A DNA stretch of 61,784 nucleotides, taken from contig CAZUNC010000001.1 in NCBI GenBank assembly GCA_964621475.1, forward strand, positions 1-61,784, given 5' to 3'. This stretch comes from an uncultured Defluviitaleaceae bacterium. GTDB lineage: Bacteria > Bacillota > Clostridia > Lachnospirales > WQUN01. The first letter of the stretch is position 1. The number at the start of each line of letters is the position of its first letter. Positions 27,963 through 37,323 of the stretch are shown here, in pieces. Below the pieces are notes generated by a model. It saw only the letters and a program-made list of their open reading frames with translations, did not search any database and was not told the origin of the DNA. The translations under genes were made by a program, and so were the position numbers.

Positions 27963-28724
27963 ATGCTTATGCTTTATTTTTCCGGAACAGGGAATTCAAA
28001 ATACATAGCACAATTGTTTTCAAAAAAGACCGGGGCATTATGTCATTCAATCGAGGATAGCGTAAACTTTACAGAATTGATTAATGAACATAGCCACATT
28101 GCCTTTTGTTATCCGATATATGCCTCATGCGTGCCACGTATACTGCGTGATTTTGTAGCTGCTCATATGAAAGAACTGCAGAATAAAAGACTTATTATTT
28201 TCTGCACACAGCTGTTTTTTTCGGGTGATGGAGCGTACGCATTTGCGAGATTATTGCCAGATAGTTGTAACAATGTCATATATGCCGAGCACTTTAATAT
28301 GCCAAACAATATATGTAACTTCGAGATGTTTCGGATAAAAAACGGCACGCAGACACATAAGTATCTGCGTACCGCCGAAAAAAAGATGAACATTGCATGC
28401 AAGAACATCGAAAAAGGCATTGTTAAAAAGCGTGGATTTAATACATTCTCTGCGCTGTTGGGTAAGATCCAAAGCACTTCTTGGCCTGCGATAGAGGTAA
28501 AAAAGAAGTCCTCCGTAAAAACAGATGCTGACTGTAATCGCTGCGGGACTTGCGTTAGGCTGTGTCCGGCTAAAAATCTGTCCATAGACGAGAGCGGTAT
28601 TAAACAGCATGATAACTGTATGCTGTGTTATCGCTGTGTCAATATCTGCCCGAAAAAGGCTATCACTGTTTTATTAAACAAAAAGCCAAGGGTGCAATAT
28701 AAGGGTGTATCAATAAATACCTAA
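27963..28724 (+). CDS. Flavodoxin-like + 2x[4Fe-4S] ferredoxin-domain protein (EFR1-type)
   Basis: N-terminus LYFSGTGNSKY (flavodoxin-like phosphate loop). C-terminal CNRCGTCVRLCP and CMLCYRCVNICP. ATG 27963 is 7 nt after GGGGGA. Confidence 0.75.
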   Translation: MLMLYFSGTGNSKYIAQLFSKKTGALCHSIEDSVNFTELINEHSHIAFCYPIYASCVPRILRDFVAAHMKELQNKRLIIFCTQLFFSGDGAYAFARLLPDSCNNVIYAEHFNMPNNICNFEMFRIKNGTQTHKYLRTAEKKMNIACKNIEKGIVKKRGFNTFSALLGKIQSTSWPAIEVKKKSSVKTDADCNRCGTCVRLCPAKNLSIDESGIKQHDNCMLCYRCVNICPKKAITVLLNKKPRVQYKGVSINT

Positions 28725-29034
28725 ACTCTCTTATTGGAAGTAAGCCTACTTACGCTGACGTTTTAATATGCCCTATAATCCACAAAAAGCTTAAGATCAA
28801 GTGCCTGATATGTTTTCTTATCCCATAATGTAAGCAATCCCTCGACAATAATTAACATACGGTCGTTTCATATTTAACCTCCAGTTATCAGAAACTTTAG
28901 AGTGCTATCGTTAAATACTCAGTTAAAATTAAATTCTCAGATACAACCACGTTTTTTGAAAATATTAAAGGGGCTGTTACAAGATAAAACCATTAACCAC
29001 AGGTTTATTCTATGCAACAGCCCCTATTATTTTT

Positions 29035-29952
29035 CTATATTGCGGGTAATATATTATCCCAGATTGCGCGAATCATATCATAGACGCGCTGTTCTTCATG
29101 CGCGTTTATAGTGACAGTCAATTCATGATCCGGTATGATCACGCCTAACTGACCATACATGCCGTCTGCCCGATATGTGTTTGGGTATGTGCAGCGCCAG
29201 AATTGATAGCCGTAGCCCTGAGCACATTCTGGATCGGTGTTGAAGCCGCTGTTTTTTATCTGAACAGACGAGGCTTGCTGAACATACTCCTCGGAAACAA
29301 GGCGTTTACCATCGTAAACGCCGCCACAGCGCAGCATCTCACAAAAACGCGATAGCTCTTCGGTTTTTAAGAACAATCCCGTGGAGCCGAAGGTACGTTT
29401 ATCCGGACACTCATACCATTGCGGTGCACGTATACCGAGCGGATAAAACAACTGTTCAAGCAGGTAGTCTTTTAAGCGTACACCAGCCTTTTCTTGCAAA
29501 GCCGCAGAGAGCATATATGTTGCGCCGTTGTTGTAAACGAATTTCTCGCCGGGCGCATACTTTATGGGCTTAGAAAAGAACAGCTTCACGTAATCATCAA
29601 CGCTGTATGTCTCTGGATCGGCAGAAAACAAAAATCCCTCTCCATGTCCGGAGGACATCATCAATAAATGCTTGATCGAAATGTCAAACAGACGTTTATC
29701 GGGGTTTTCGGGCAGTTTATCGGGGAACAATTCAGCTACCGTGGTGTCCAGAGTCAAGATACCTTCGTCTATCGCCATACCTATGGCCATAGACGTAAAG
29801 GATTTGCTTGCGGAAAACAGGTTGACCCGATCGTCCGAACGCCAGCGGTGGGATGCGACTATTTCACCTTTGTGTCGTACCACGATCCCGTATATGCCGA
29901 TATTTTTTTCGGCCATGGTCAGTCTGTAATTGGTGAGTATATCGTTTTTCAT
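29035..29952 (-). CDS. Serine hydrolase, beta-lactamase / transpeptidase-like family (no signal peptide)
   Basis: 305 aa. SxxK motif in FSASKSFTSMAIG and a YxN-like VYNNG. Confidence 0.7.
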   Translation of the reverse strand: MKNDILTNYRLTMAEKNIGIYGIVVRHKGEIVASHRWRSDDRVNLFSASKSFTSMAIGMAIDEGILTLDTTVAELFPDKLPENPDKRLFDISIKHLLMMSSGHGEGFLFSADPETYSVDDYVKLFFSKPIKYAPGEKFVYNNGATYMLSAALQEKAGVRLKDYLLEQLFYPLGIRAPQWYECPDKRTFGSTGLFLKTEELSRFCEMLRCGGVYDGKRLVSEEYVQQASSVQIKNSGFNTDPECAQGYGYQFWRCTYPNTYRADGMYGQLGVIIPDHELTVTINAHEEQRVYDMIRAIWDNILPAI

Positions 29953-29967
29953 CCTATATACCGATCC

Positions 29968-31026
29968 TTAGAATACAATCTCTCTCTTTTGATCAGAGGA
30001 GTCATAGAGCCCCTGCATGATCTTGGATGTGATAACAGCCTTGTCGATATGGGATTCGAGCTTTTCGCCGGTCTGTATGCAACGAACAAACGCATCGATC
30101 TCGGTCTGGAACATGTTTGTGGTCTTAAAGGTCGGCGCGGTCTCATAGAGCATGCCGTTCTTTGTGCCATATATCTTGAAATCTCCGCCGTAAACGAGAC
30201 GGATACCGGCTTTGTCGCCCAAGAAGTCGATATAGGTATCATTTTCACCTATATTCTGTGCCCATGAGCCGTTGATTGAGATCGTCGGACCCTCAGTACG
30301 TATCAGACCTGTGATGAAGTCCTCAACATCGTATACACCGTCAAAGTTCGGTGGACCAGCCCACATATCCTTGTAGGTGTAAGCTTGCATATCGACACCG
30401 AGCTTCGAATACGCCTGACCAGAAACGGTCAATGGGTTGGGATCGGACAGGCAATACATTATCAGATCCAGATAATGCACGCCCCAGTCGATCAAGACAC
30501 CGCCGCCTGCTATGGCCTTGGTCGTGAACATGCCGCCGAGGCCAGGTATAGAACGGTGAGCGCGGAACGAACCATATACATGATAAATCTCACCGAGCTC
30601 GCCTGCGTTGATGATGTCCTTGATCTTGTTAACGGCATCATTGAAACGGTTTACCACTCCGATGTTTAATACCTTGCCGGTTTCGTGCTGAACCTGCTGC
30701 ATTTCGAGCGCGTCCGCGTAACAGCGTGCCGCCGGCTTTTCACAGAGCACATGCTTACCGGCCCTCAGCGCGTCGATAGATATGGTCTTGTGTACGTTGT
30801 TAGGCGTACACACCGATATCGCGACTACCTCGGGATCGTTTATGACATCATGATAATCCGTGACGGGTTTGCCGCAGCAGTTCATCATCGAGGCCTTCTC
30901 GGCACGCTCGGGTATGATGTCGCAAAAGTACTTGATCTCTACCTCTTTGTTGTTCATGTATGCGGGTATATGTGCGGTTGTAGCAATCGTACCGCAACCT
31001 ATAACGCCAATCTTTATCTTGCTCAT
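29968..31026 (-). CDS. Gfo/Idh/MocA-family NAD(P)-dependent oxidoreductase
   Basis: N-terminal Rossmann KIGVIGCGTIA and the family EKP motif (LCEKPAA). SD GAGGGGG. Confidence 0.8.
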   Translation of the reverse strand: MSKIKIGVIGCGTIATTAHIPAYMNNKEVEIKYFCDIIPERAEKASMMNCCGKPVTDYHDVINDPEVVAISVCTPNNVHKTISIDALRAGKHVLCEKPAARCYADALEMQQVQHETGKVLNIGVVNRFNDAVNKIKDIINAGELGEIYHVYGSFRAHRSIPGLGGMFTTKAIAGGGVLIDWGVHYLDLIMYCLSDPNPLTVSGQAYSKLGVDMQAYTYKDMWAGPPNFDGVYDVEDFITGLIRTEGPTISINGSWAQNIGENDTYIDFLGDKAGIRLVYGGDFKIYGTKNGMLYETAPTFKTTNMFQTEIDAFVRCIQTGEKLESHIDKAVITSKIMQGLYDSSDQKREIVF

Positions 31027-31057
31027 GTTCTTACCCCCTCGGAGTATGGTTAGTTGC

Positions 31058-31288
31058 TTAATTAATGATTTCTACCATGATACGCTTGTCCTCATGGGTT
31101 GCGGCGGCCTTAACGACCGTGCGTATCGCCTTTGCTATACGGCCCTGTTTGCCGATGACCTTACCCATGTCCTCGGATGCGACCTTTAACTCAAGCACTG
31201 TGTTGCCGTCTCGCTCAAGCTCCGAAACCGTTACCGCGTCGGTATTATCAACGAGGTTCTTCGCTATGATCTCGAGCAACTGTTTCAT
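31058..31288 (-). CDS. khpA: KH-domain RNA-binding protein (YlqC/KhpA)
   Basis: 76 aa. GxxG loop in VIGKQGRIAKAIRTV. Conserved position directly after rpsP. Confidence 0.8.
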   Translation of the reverse strand: MKQLLEIIAKNLVDNTDAVTVSELERDGNTVLELKVASEDMGKVIGKQGRIAKAIRTVVKAAATHEDKRIMVEIIN

Positions 31289-31528
31289 CTATAGGACACC
31301 CGCCTTTTTAAGCAAGCTCCTTACCGTATCTGTAGGTTGTGCGCCATTCTGGATCCACTTCTTTGCGGCTTCCGCATCGATCTTAACCTCTGCAGGCTGC
31401 TTGATCGGATCGTATGTGCCGATCTCGTCGATCGTCTTACCGTCGCGTGGTGAACGTGAATCTGCCACCACTACCCTATAGAACGGCTTCTTCTTTGCGC
31501 CAAGTCTCTTTAACCTAATCTTTACCAT
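31289..31528 (-). CDS. rpsP: 30S ribosomal protein S16
   Basis: [31 protein letters not shown]... is the canonical bS16 N-terminus. Confidence 0.95.
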   Translation of the reverse strand: MVKIRLKRLGAKKKPFYRVVVADSRSPRDGKTIDEIGTYDPIKQPAEVKIDAEAAKKWIQNGAQPTDTVRSLLKKAGVL

Positions 31529-31563
31529 CTTAAAAGCACCTCCGAAATATTTTAAAAGCTAAT

Positions 31564-32910
31564 TTATTTGAAAAAGGGTAATCCTATCCCTCTTTTTCCT
31601 TTTTTCATGCTGGCTATGCTGCCGGTCATTTCCTTCATCATCTTCTTCATTTCCTCAAACTGCTTCAACAAACGGTTGATCTCCTGTATGCTCAAGCCGC
31701 AGCCCGCAGCTATACGACGTTTTCTGGAGCTGTTGATGATATTCGGGTGTCGACGTTCCTGAGGGGTCATTGAGTAAATGATCGCCTCGACATGCTTTGT
31801 CGGGTTGTCGCCTAACTCTAACGATTCCAACCCCGCTTGCTTGAGACCTGGTATCATGCCAAGTATATTCTCAAGCGGCCCCATCTTCTTTATCTGTTGC
31901 ATCTGGTTTAAAAAGTCATCCAACGAAAATTCGTTTGAGCGCATCTTACGTTCAAGCTCGATCGCTTGTTTCTCGTCAAATGCCTCCTGAGCCTTGTCGA
32001 TCAACGAGAGCACGTCACCCATACCGAGTATGCGTGAAGCCATACGATCCGGGAAAAACGGCTCCATGTCCTCTACCTTTTCGCCCATGCCCACGTACTT
32101 AATCGGCTTGCCTGTTACTGAACGTACCGACAACGCCGCACCACCGCGCGTATCGCTGTCTAATTTCGACATGATGATGCCATCGATCCCTAGTCGTTCA
32201 TTAAAGGTCTCGGCTACCGTGACCGCATCCTGACCTGTCATTGCATCTATTACGATCAAGATTTCTTGAGGGCGTGCAACTGACTTCATCTCGGAGAGCT
32301 CATCCATCAACTCGTCGTTTATATGAAAACGTCCGGCCGTATCGAGGATCACGACGTCGTAGTGCTCATTAATAGCGAACTCGATCGAAGCCTTTGCTAT
32401 CTCGGGGGGCTTTTTATCCGTGCCCATCTCGAATACGGGAATACCGAAATTATTAGCGAGTATCTGTAGCTGCTTTATTGCTGCGGGCCTGTAGACATCG
32501 CAGCCGACGAGTAGAGGTTTTTTGCCTTGCTTCCTGAGTATCGCACCGAGCTTTGCCGAGGCCGTTGTCTTACCAGCACCGTTTAGACCAACCATCAAGT
32601 ACACGGTAGGGGGCTTTGAAGCGAATGTAAGCTTGCTCTGCGATGAACCGAGTAGCGCTATCATTTCATCATGTACGATCTTGATGACCTGCTGACCCGG
32701 TGTGAGACTTTCGAGTACAGAACCGCCCACAGCCTTTTCGGTCACAGTGTCTATGAATTTCTTTACGATCTTGAAATTGACATCGGCCTCCAAGAGCGCA
32801 AGCTTGACCTCGCGCATGGCTTCCTTTACGTCCTTTTCGGTCAGGCGGCCCTTGCCGCGCAGTTTATTGAACACCTGAGTGAGTTTATCCGTGAGACTAT
32901 CAAAAGCCAT
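31564..32910 (-). CDS. ffh: Signal recognition particle protein Ffh
   Basis: 448 aa. NG domain GLNGAGKTT, DTAGR, KLD. Met-rich M domain. C-terminal basic tail. Confidence 0.95.
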   Translation of the reverse strand: MAFDSLTDKLTQVFNKLRGKGRLTEKDVKEAMREVKLALLEADVNFKIVKKFIDTVTEKAVGGSVLESLTPGQQVIKIVHDEMIALLGSSQSKLTFASKPPTVYLMVGLNGAGKTTASAKLGAILRKQGKKPLLVGCDVYRPAAIKQLQILANNFGIPVFEMGTDKKPPEIAKASIEFAINEHYDVVILDTAGRFHINDELMDELSEMKSVARPQEILIVIDAMTGQDAVTVAETFNERLGIDGIIMSKLDSDTRGGAALSVRSVTGKPIKYVGMGEKVEDMEPFFPDRMASRILGMGDVLSLIDKAQEAFDEKQAIELERKMRSNEFSLDDFLNQMQQIKKMGPLENILGMIPGLKQAGLESLELGDNPTKHVEAIIYSMTPQERRHPNIINSSRKRRIAAGCGLSIQEINRLLKQFEEMKKMMKEMTGSIASMKKGKRGIGLPFFK

Positions 32911-33262
32911 TGCACACCTCCTGTATCCTGTCGGGCATAGCCTTTAGCTCTGCATTGCCCGTTTTGTCCGCTATCCGGCGTATGTCGTCGTAAATCTGGC
33001 ATAGCGCGTCTTGTTGTTTTAAATGTTGTTCGACCAAGTGCAGACAACCTTCATAATGCGACAGTAATGCCTCGGTACGCTTGAGCAGGTCGCGTACGGC
33101 CTGCGGTGTCGTCTGCTGTATCTCGCCGATCTCGGCCAGCGATAGATCCTGTAAATGGTAAAGCTCATAACACTCGCGTTGTTTGGCTGTCAATAACTCG
33201 CCATAACAGTCATATAAAAGCGCGGCTGTCAACAGCTCATCCGTGCCTGTCATTCGCTTCAC
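32900..33262 (-). CDS. ylxM: YlxM (UPF0122) putative helix-turn-helix protein
   Basis: 120 aa. LLYDCYGELLTAKQRECYELYHLQDLSLAEIGE is a sigma-70 region-4-like HTH. Conserved position upstream of ffh, with an 11-nt overlap. Confidence 0.8.
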   Translation of the reverse strand: MKRMTGTDELLTAALLYDCYGELLTAKQRECYELYHLQDLSLAEIGEIQQTTPQAVRDLLKRTEALLSHYEGCLHLVEQHLKQQDALCQIYDDIRRIADKTGNAELKAMPDRIQEVCNGF

Positions 33263-33304
33263 CGCCTTTGAATTCGAAGCTATTAAAGTAATTTTACTTT
33301 AGAG

Positions 33305-33333
33305 AGTATAATTGCTTGGAATGGTTTTGTCAA
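33305..33333 (-). promoter_or_regulatory. Sigma-A promoter of the ylxM-ffh-rpsP-khpA operon
   Basis: Minus strand: TTGACA (33333-33328), 17-nt spacer, TATACT (33310-33305). Confidence 0.65.
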
Positions 33334-33351
33334 TGGTTCAATGAATATAGT

Positions 33352-33404
33352 AAAAAACGGATCTACACGGATTAATAATCGATCAAAAAATCCGTGTAAA
33401 TCCG
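33352..33404 (-). terminator. Rho-independent terminator of the fab/acc operon
   Basis: Minus strand: CGGATTTACACGGAT, 17-nt loop, ATCCGTGTAGATCCG (15-bp stem with one G-U pair), followed by TTTTTT. Confidence 0.8.
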
Positions 33405-33444
33405 TTATGATCCGTGCTAATACATGGTATGGTTTTTGCATATT

Positions 33445-34215
33445 CTATAAACGAAACTCGCCCATGTCTCTAAATCGGTTATACCGCTTTGAAAGTAACC
33501 GCTCAACCGGTAAGGTTGTGTTGTCTTTAAATGTGGTTGTAAGCTGAACCTTGAGCCGGTCAAACAATCCATCGCCTTCAGGTATGATCCGTTCTACCAC
33601 ACCGAGCTTCAACAAATCCTCGGCTGTGAGCTTTAGGCATTCGCTGGCTTCCTGAACCTTTGTCGGGTCCTTCCAGAGGATACTCGCGCATCCCTCCGGT
33701 GAAATAACCGAGTATACAGCGTTTTCGAGCATCCAGACCTCGTCTGCTACGGCAAGCGCGAGTGCGCCGCCGCTGCCACCCTCACCGATGATGATCGAGA
33801 TCACGGGGGTTTTCAGCGTCATCATCTCCATCAGATTGTCTGCGATGGCCTGGCCCTGTCCGCGTTCCTCTGCACCAATGCCGCAGTAAGCACCAGAGGT
33901 ATCTACGATGCATACGACAGGACGGTGAAACTTCTCGGCCAGTTTCATCTGACGCAGGGCTTTTCTGTATCCCTCAGGATGTGCGGAGCCGAAGTTACGC
34001 GTGGCCTTTTCCTTAACGTTTTTGCCCTTTTCGATACCTATAACCGTGACGGGCAGGTGATTTAGATACGCTATACCGGACACGACAGCACGGTCGTCCC
34101 CGAAGCGCCTGTCACCGTGCATTTCCATAAAGCCGCTGAAGATGCCGTTTATACATTCAAGCGCTGTATGACGGTCCTTTGCGCGCGCCGCTATAACCCT
34201 CTCATGTGCCTTCAT
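33445..34215 (-). CDS. accA: Acetyl-CoA carboxylase carboxyltransferase subunit alpha
   Basis: [10 protein letters not shown] and RFGDD...VIGIEKG motifs. ATG 34215 is 8 nt after AGGAG; the track start is 34233. Overlaps the accD end. Confidence 0.9.
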   Translation of the reverse strand: MKAHERVIAARAKDRHTALECINGIFSGFMEMHGDRRFGDDRAVVSGIAYLNHLPVTVIGIEKGKNVKEKATRNFGSAHPEGYRKALRQMKLAEKFHRPVVCIVDTSGAYCGIGAEERGQGQAIADNLMEMMTLKTPVISIIIGEGGSGGALALAVADEVWMLENAVYSVISPEGCASILWKDPTKVQEASECLKLTAEDLLKLGVVERIIPEGDGLFDRLKVQLTTTFKDNTTLPVERLLSKRYNRFRDMGEFRL

Positions 34216-35071
34216 GTACCCATCTCCTGTCATGCATCTTCAAAAGCTGCGTCAGATAACGCCGTTGCCGTCCGCGCCCGATAATGTTGTCTACAAATCC
34301 GCGCTCGAGTAGGTATTCAGCTCTCTGGAAACCCTCCGGGAGCTTTTTTTTAATGGTCTGCTCGATCACTCGCGGCCCAGCGAAGCCGATCAGCGCAAAT
34401 GGTTCTGCCAGTATGATATCGGCTTGCATCGCAAAACTCGCGGTCACGCCACCCGTGGTCGGGTCCGTCAGCACGCTGATATATAAAAGCCCTGCATCGC
34501 TGTGCAGCTTCACAGCCGCAGAGGTTTTCGCCATCTGCATCAGAGACAATATACCCTCCTGCATGCGTGCGCCACCCGAGACTGTGTAGCCGATAACAGG
34601 GAGCTTGCGTTCGGTCGCAGATTCAAAAAGGCGGGTGATTTTCTCGCCCACCACGCTACCCATGCTGCCCATCATAAAATATGGCTCCATAACAAATATC
34701 CCGGTCTCTATATCACCGATCTTACAAAAGCCGCAGACCACCGCGTCGCGCTCGGCGCTCTCAAGACGCGCATTCCTGAGCCGCTCGTCATATCCCGGGA
34801 AGTTTAATACATTAACCGAGGTCAGTTCTGCGTCGATCTCTGTAAAAGTGTTTGCGTCACATATAATACTGAGCCGCTGCCTCGCGTTCATCCGGAAATG
34901 ATGTCCGCAGTACGGGCATACATTGTGTTTCTCGGCCAGCTCATATGAGGACAGGTTCTTTTTACAGCGGGGGCAGGGGGTGGAATAACCCTCGAGAGGC
35001 TCGCGGGAAGGGGTCTTTTGTAGCTTAGGCTGACCCTCGAGTACGTTTTTTGGTTTCTTGAATATGATCAT
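34202..35071 (-). CDS. accD: Acetyl-CoA carboxylase carboxyltransferase subunit beta
   Basis: N-terminal Zn ribbon CPRCKKN...CPYCGHHF and carboxyltransferase core GGARMQEG. Confidence 0.9.
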   Translation of the reverse strand: MIIFKKPKNVLEGQPKLQKTPSREPLEGYSTPCPRCKKNLSSYELAEKHNVCPYCGHHFRMNARQRLSIICDANTFTEIDAELTSVNVLNFPGYDERLRNARLESAERDAVVCGFCKIGDIETGIFVMEPYFMMGSMGSVVGEKITRLFESATERKLPVIGYTVSGGARMQEGILSLMQMAKTSAAVKLHSDAGLLYISVLTDPTTGGVTASFAMQADIILAEPFALIGFAGPRVIEQTIKKKLPEGFQRAEYLLERGFVDNIIGRGRQRRYLTQLLKMHDRRWVHEGT

Positions 35072-36411
35072 GGTGATCTCCTAACTAACAGATCCGTTGT
35101 ATAGGTCGAGTTTTCGAACTCCTCGTCGGAGAGTATTTCCTCTGCGAAATCCGCTGTGTGGTCCACACCCTCGATGATCAGCTCGCAGAGTGCGGCCTTC
35201 ATCTTTCTGATCGCCTCGTCGCGTGACCCGGCCAATACGATGAGCTTGCCAATCATCGAATCATAATAGGGCGGTATCGAATAACCTTGATAGATAGCAG
35301 TGTCAAAGCGCACCCAAGGCCCACCCGGCACATGTAATATCTCGATTTTACCACAGCAGGGTTTGAAGCCCTGATATGGGTTTTCGGCATTTATACGGCA
35401 TTCTATTGCATGACCGCTGAATACGATGTCCTTCTGGTTAAAGCTTAGTTCAAGCCCCGCCGCTATGCGTATCTGCCACTTCACGAGGTCTATAGATGTG
35501 ACCATCTCGGTCACCGGATGTTCGACCTGTAGACGTGTGTTCATCTCCATGAAATAGAAATGTCCGTCTTTGTCATATAGATACTCAATCGTACCAGCGC
35601 CTATGTAACCGATGGATTTCCCGGCGCGTATGGAGGTTTCTATAATCGCGTTTCGCACCTCGTTAGAGATCAATGCAGACGGACTCTCCTCGATGAGCTT
35701 TTGGTTCTTTCGTTGAACAGAGCAGTCTCGTTCGCCTAAGCACACCACGTTGCCATGAGCGTCCGCTAAGATCTGCGCCTCGATATGTTTGACGTTACTG
35801 AGGTATTTCTCCATGTAGACAGCGCCGTCACCAAACGAAGCCTGTGCCTCGTTTGTAGCTGCGAGGTAACACGCTTCGAGTTCATCCAAGCTGTTAACCA
35901 TACGAATACCGCGGCCACCACCGCCTGCACGAGCCTTTATCAGCAAAGGAAAACCGATCCTCTCGGCTTCAGTTTTGGCGTGGCTCAAATCCTTTACAAG
36001 GTCGCAGCCCGGGATAACCGGTACATTAGCCTCTCTCATGGTTTTCTTGGCCATGTCCTTGTCACCCATAGAGCTGATGATACGTGCCGAAGGACCGATG
36101 AATACGATCCCGTGAGCCTCGCAGGCTTCGGCAAATGCGGGGTTCTCGGACAGGAAGCCGTAGCCCGGATGTATGGCCTCTGTCTTTGTTGCGAGTGCAA
36201 CAGAGATGATAGCATTCATATTCAGATAGCTGTTCTTTGGTGAGGCGCTGCCGATGCAATAGCATTCGTCGGCGAGGCTCACAAACAACGCCTCTCTATC
36301 GGCCTCGGAAAATACAGCAACAGTTGCGATGCCCATTTCCTTACATGCGCGTATCACGCGTACGGCTATTTCGCCCCTGTTTGCAATCAATATCTTTGAA
36401 AACATAGTCAT
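35068..36411 (-). CDS. accC: Acetyl-CoA carboxylase biotin carboxylase subunit
   Basis: 447 aa. KILIANRGEIAVRVIRA, ATP-grasp GGGGRGIR, EMNTRLQVEHPVTE. Confidence 0.95.
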   Translation of the reverse strand: MTMFSKILIANRGEIAVRVIRACKEMGIATVAVFSEADREALFVSLADECYCIGSASPKNSYLNMNAIISVALATKTEAIHPGYGFLSENPAFAEACEAHGIVFIGPSARIISSMGDKDMAKKTMREANVPVIPGCDLVKDLSHAKTEAERIGFPLLIKARAGGGGRGIRMVNSLDELEACYLAATNEAQASFGDGAVYMEKYLSNVKHIEAQILADAHGNVVCLGERDCSVQRKNQKLIEESPSALISNEVRNAIIETSIRAGKSIGYIGAGTIEYLYDKDGHFYFMEMNTRLQVEHPVTEMVTSIDLVKWQIRIAAGLELSFNQKDIVFSGHAIECRINAENPYQGFKPCCGKIEILHVPGGPWVRFDTAIYQGYSIPPYYDSMIGKLIVLAGSRDEAIRKMKAALCELIIEGVDHTADFAEEILSDEEFENSTYTTDLLVRRSP

Positions 36412-36836
36412 TCCTCTTTGCTACGATCCTCTTTAATAACCGCGAAGCTCAGCTCACCAGATGCGCAAAGCTTTTCAACAACATAGGCCTCAGACTTTAC
36501 GAAATAGAAAGGCGGCTTAGATTTGGTCAAAGTGGTCTTGAATGTTATATGGTCGCCCGGAAAGACCTTATCCTTGAATTTTACGTTGTTCATGCCCGTG
36601 AAATACGGCAAAAACGGCCCGTCGGCATCAATCAACAAGCACGCGGACTGTGCCATCATCTCACAGAGTATCACGCCGGGCACGACGGGCTTTTGCGGGA
36701 AATGCCCCTGTAGGAAGTATTCATCACCGCGCACTGTATAAGAGGCCATCGCGATGCCGTCAATAAGCTCCGCTTCTTCGATCAATAGCATCGGATCCCT
36801 ATGGGGGAGTATATTCTTTATCGCGTCTTTATTCAC
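36408..36836 (-). CDS. fabZ: 3-hydroxyacyl-ACP dehydratase FabZ
   Basis: Hot-dog fold motifs LPHRDPMLLIEE and GHFPQKPVVPGV. GTG start 7 nt after AGGGG. Confidence 0.9.
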   Translation of the reverse strand: MNKDAIKNILPHRDPMLLIEEAELIDGIAMASYTVRGDEYFLQGHFPQKPVVPGVILCEMMAQSACLLIDADGPFLPYFTGMNNVKFKDKVFPGDHITFKTTLTKSKPPFYFVKSEAYVVEKLCASGELSFAVIKEDRSKEE

Positions 36837-36858
36837 TTATATGCCCCTAATAAAAAAT

Positions 36859-37323
36859 TTAAAGTATCTTGAACAATACCTGCCCATATTCGGCTATATC
36901 ACCGTTTTTCAGGCAAATATCCGCTATCTCACCGTCTGCCTCGGCGACTATTTCGTTCATCATCTTCATTGCTTCGATGATACACAGTACATCCCCAGCC
37001 TTTACCTTACTGCCTATCGTCACGAACGGATCACTGTCCGGTGACGGAGCAGAGTAAAACACACCTACGATAGGTGCCCTGACAACGGTAAAATCACCGA
37101 CATCAGAGGCGCTATTCTTTTCGGCTGGCGTATGGTCTGCGGTGTCCTTAACGCCGGGCATGACAGATACACTGTCGATGATCGGAGCAGAGCCAAGGAA
37201 GGGTGCGGGCATCGGCGCGAAGCGCTCAAGCATGATCCTCGTTTCGCCCTCACAAACCTCCACGCGCGTAAGCCCATGTGTATCCAATATCTCTGCCAAG
37301 GCTTTTACTTGATCTATATTCAT
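36859..37323 (-). CDS. accB: Biotin carboxyl carrier protein
   Basis: Biotinylation motif EAMKMMNEI. True start ATG 37323 (AAAGAGG 8 nt upstream, ATGA overlap with the fabF stop). The track extension to 37440 is rejected. Confidence 0.9.
   Translation of the reverse strand: MNIDQVKALAEILDTHGLTRVEVCEGETRIMLERFAPMPAPFLGSAPIIDSVSVMPGVKDTADHTPAEKNSASDVGDFTVVRAPIVGVFYSAPSPDSDPFVTIGSKVKAGDVLCIIEAMKMMNEIVAEADGEIADICLKNGDIAEYGQVLFKIL

Noticed and set aside
29668-31189. Several 85-199-aa plus-strand ORFs opposite the serine hydrolase, oxidoreductase and khpA genes
   Set aside because: They are antisense to genes with clear motifs, have no SD sequences, and their products are compositionally odd (Arg/His/Cys-rich). 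These are shadow ORFs.
33445-34215. accA appears N-terminally short (about 256 aa versus about 319 in E. coli)
   Set aside because: The missing part is the N-terminal helical extension, and the carboxyltransferase core and SD-supported start are intact. I believe short AccA forms are common in Clostridia but cannot verify this here, so I did not raise it as a finding.
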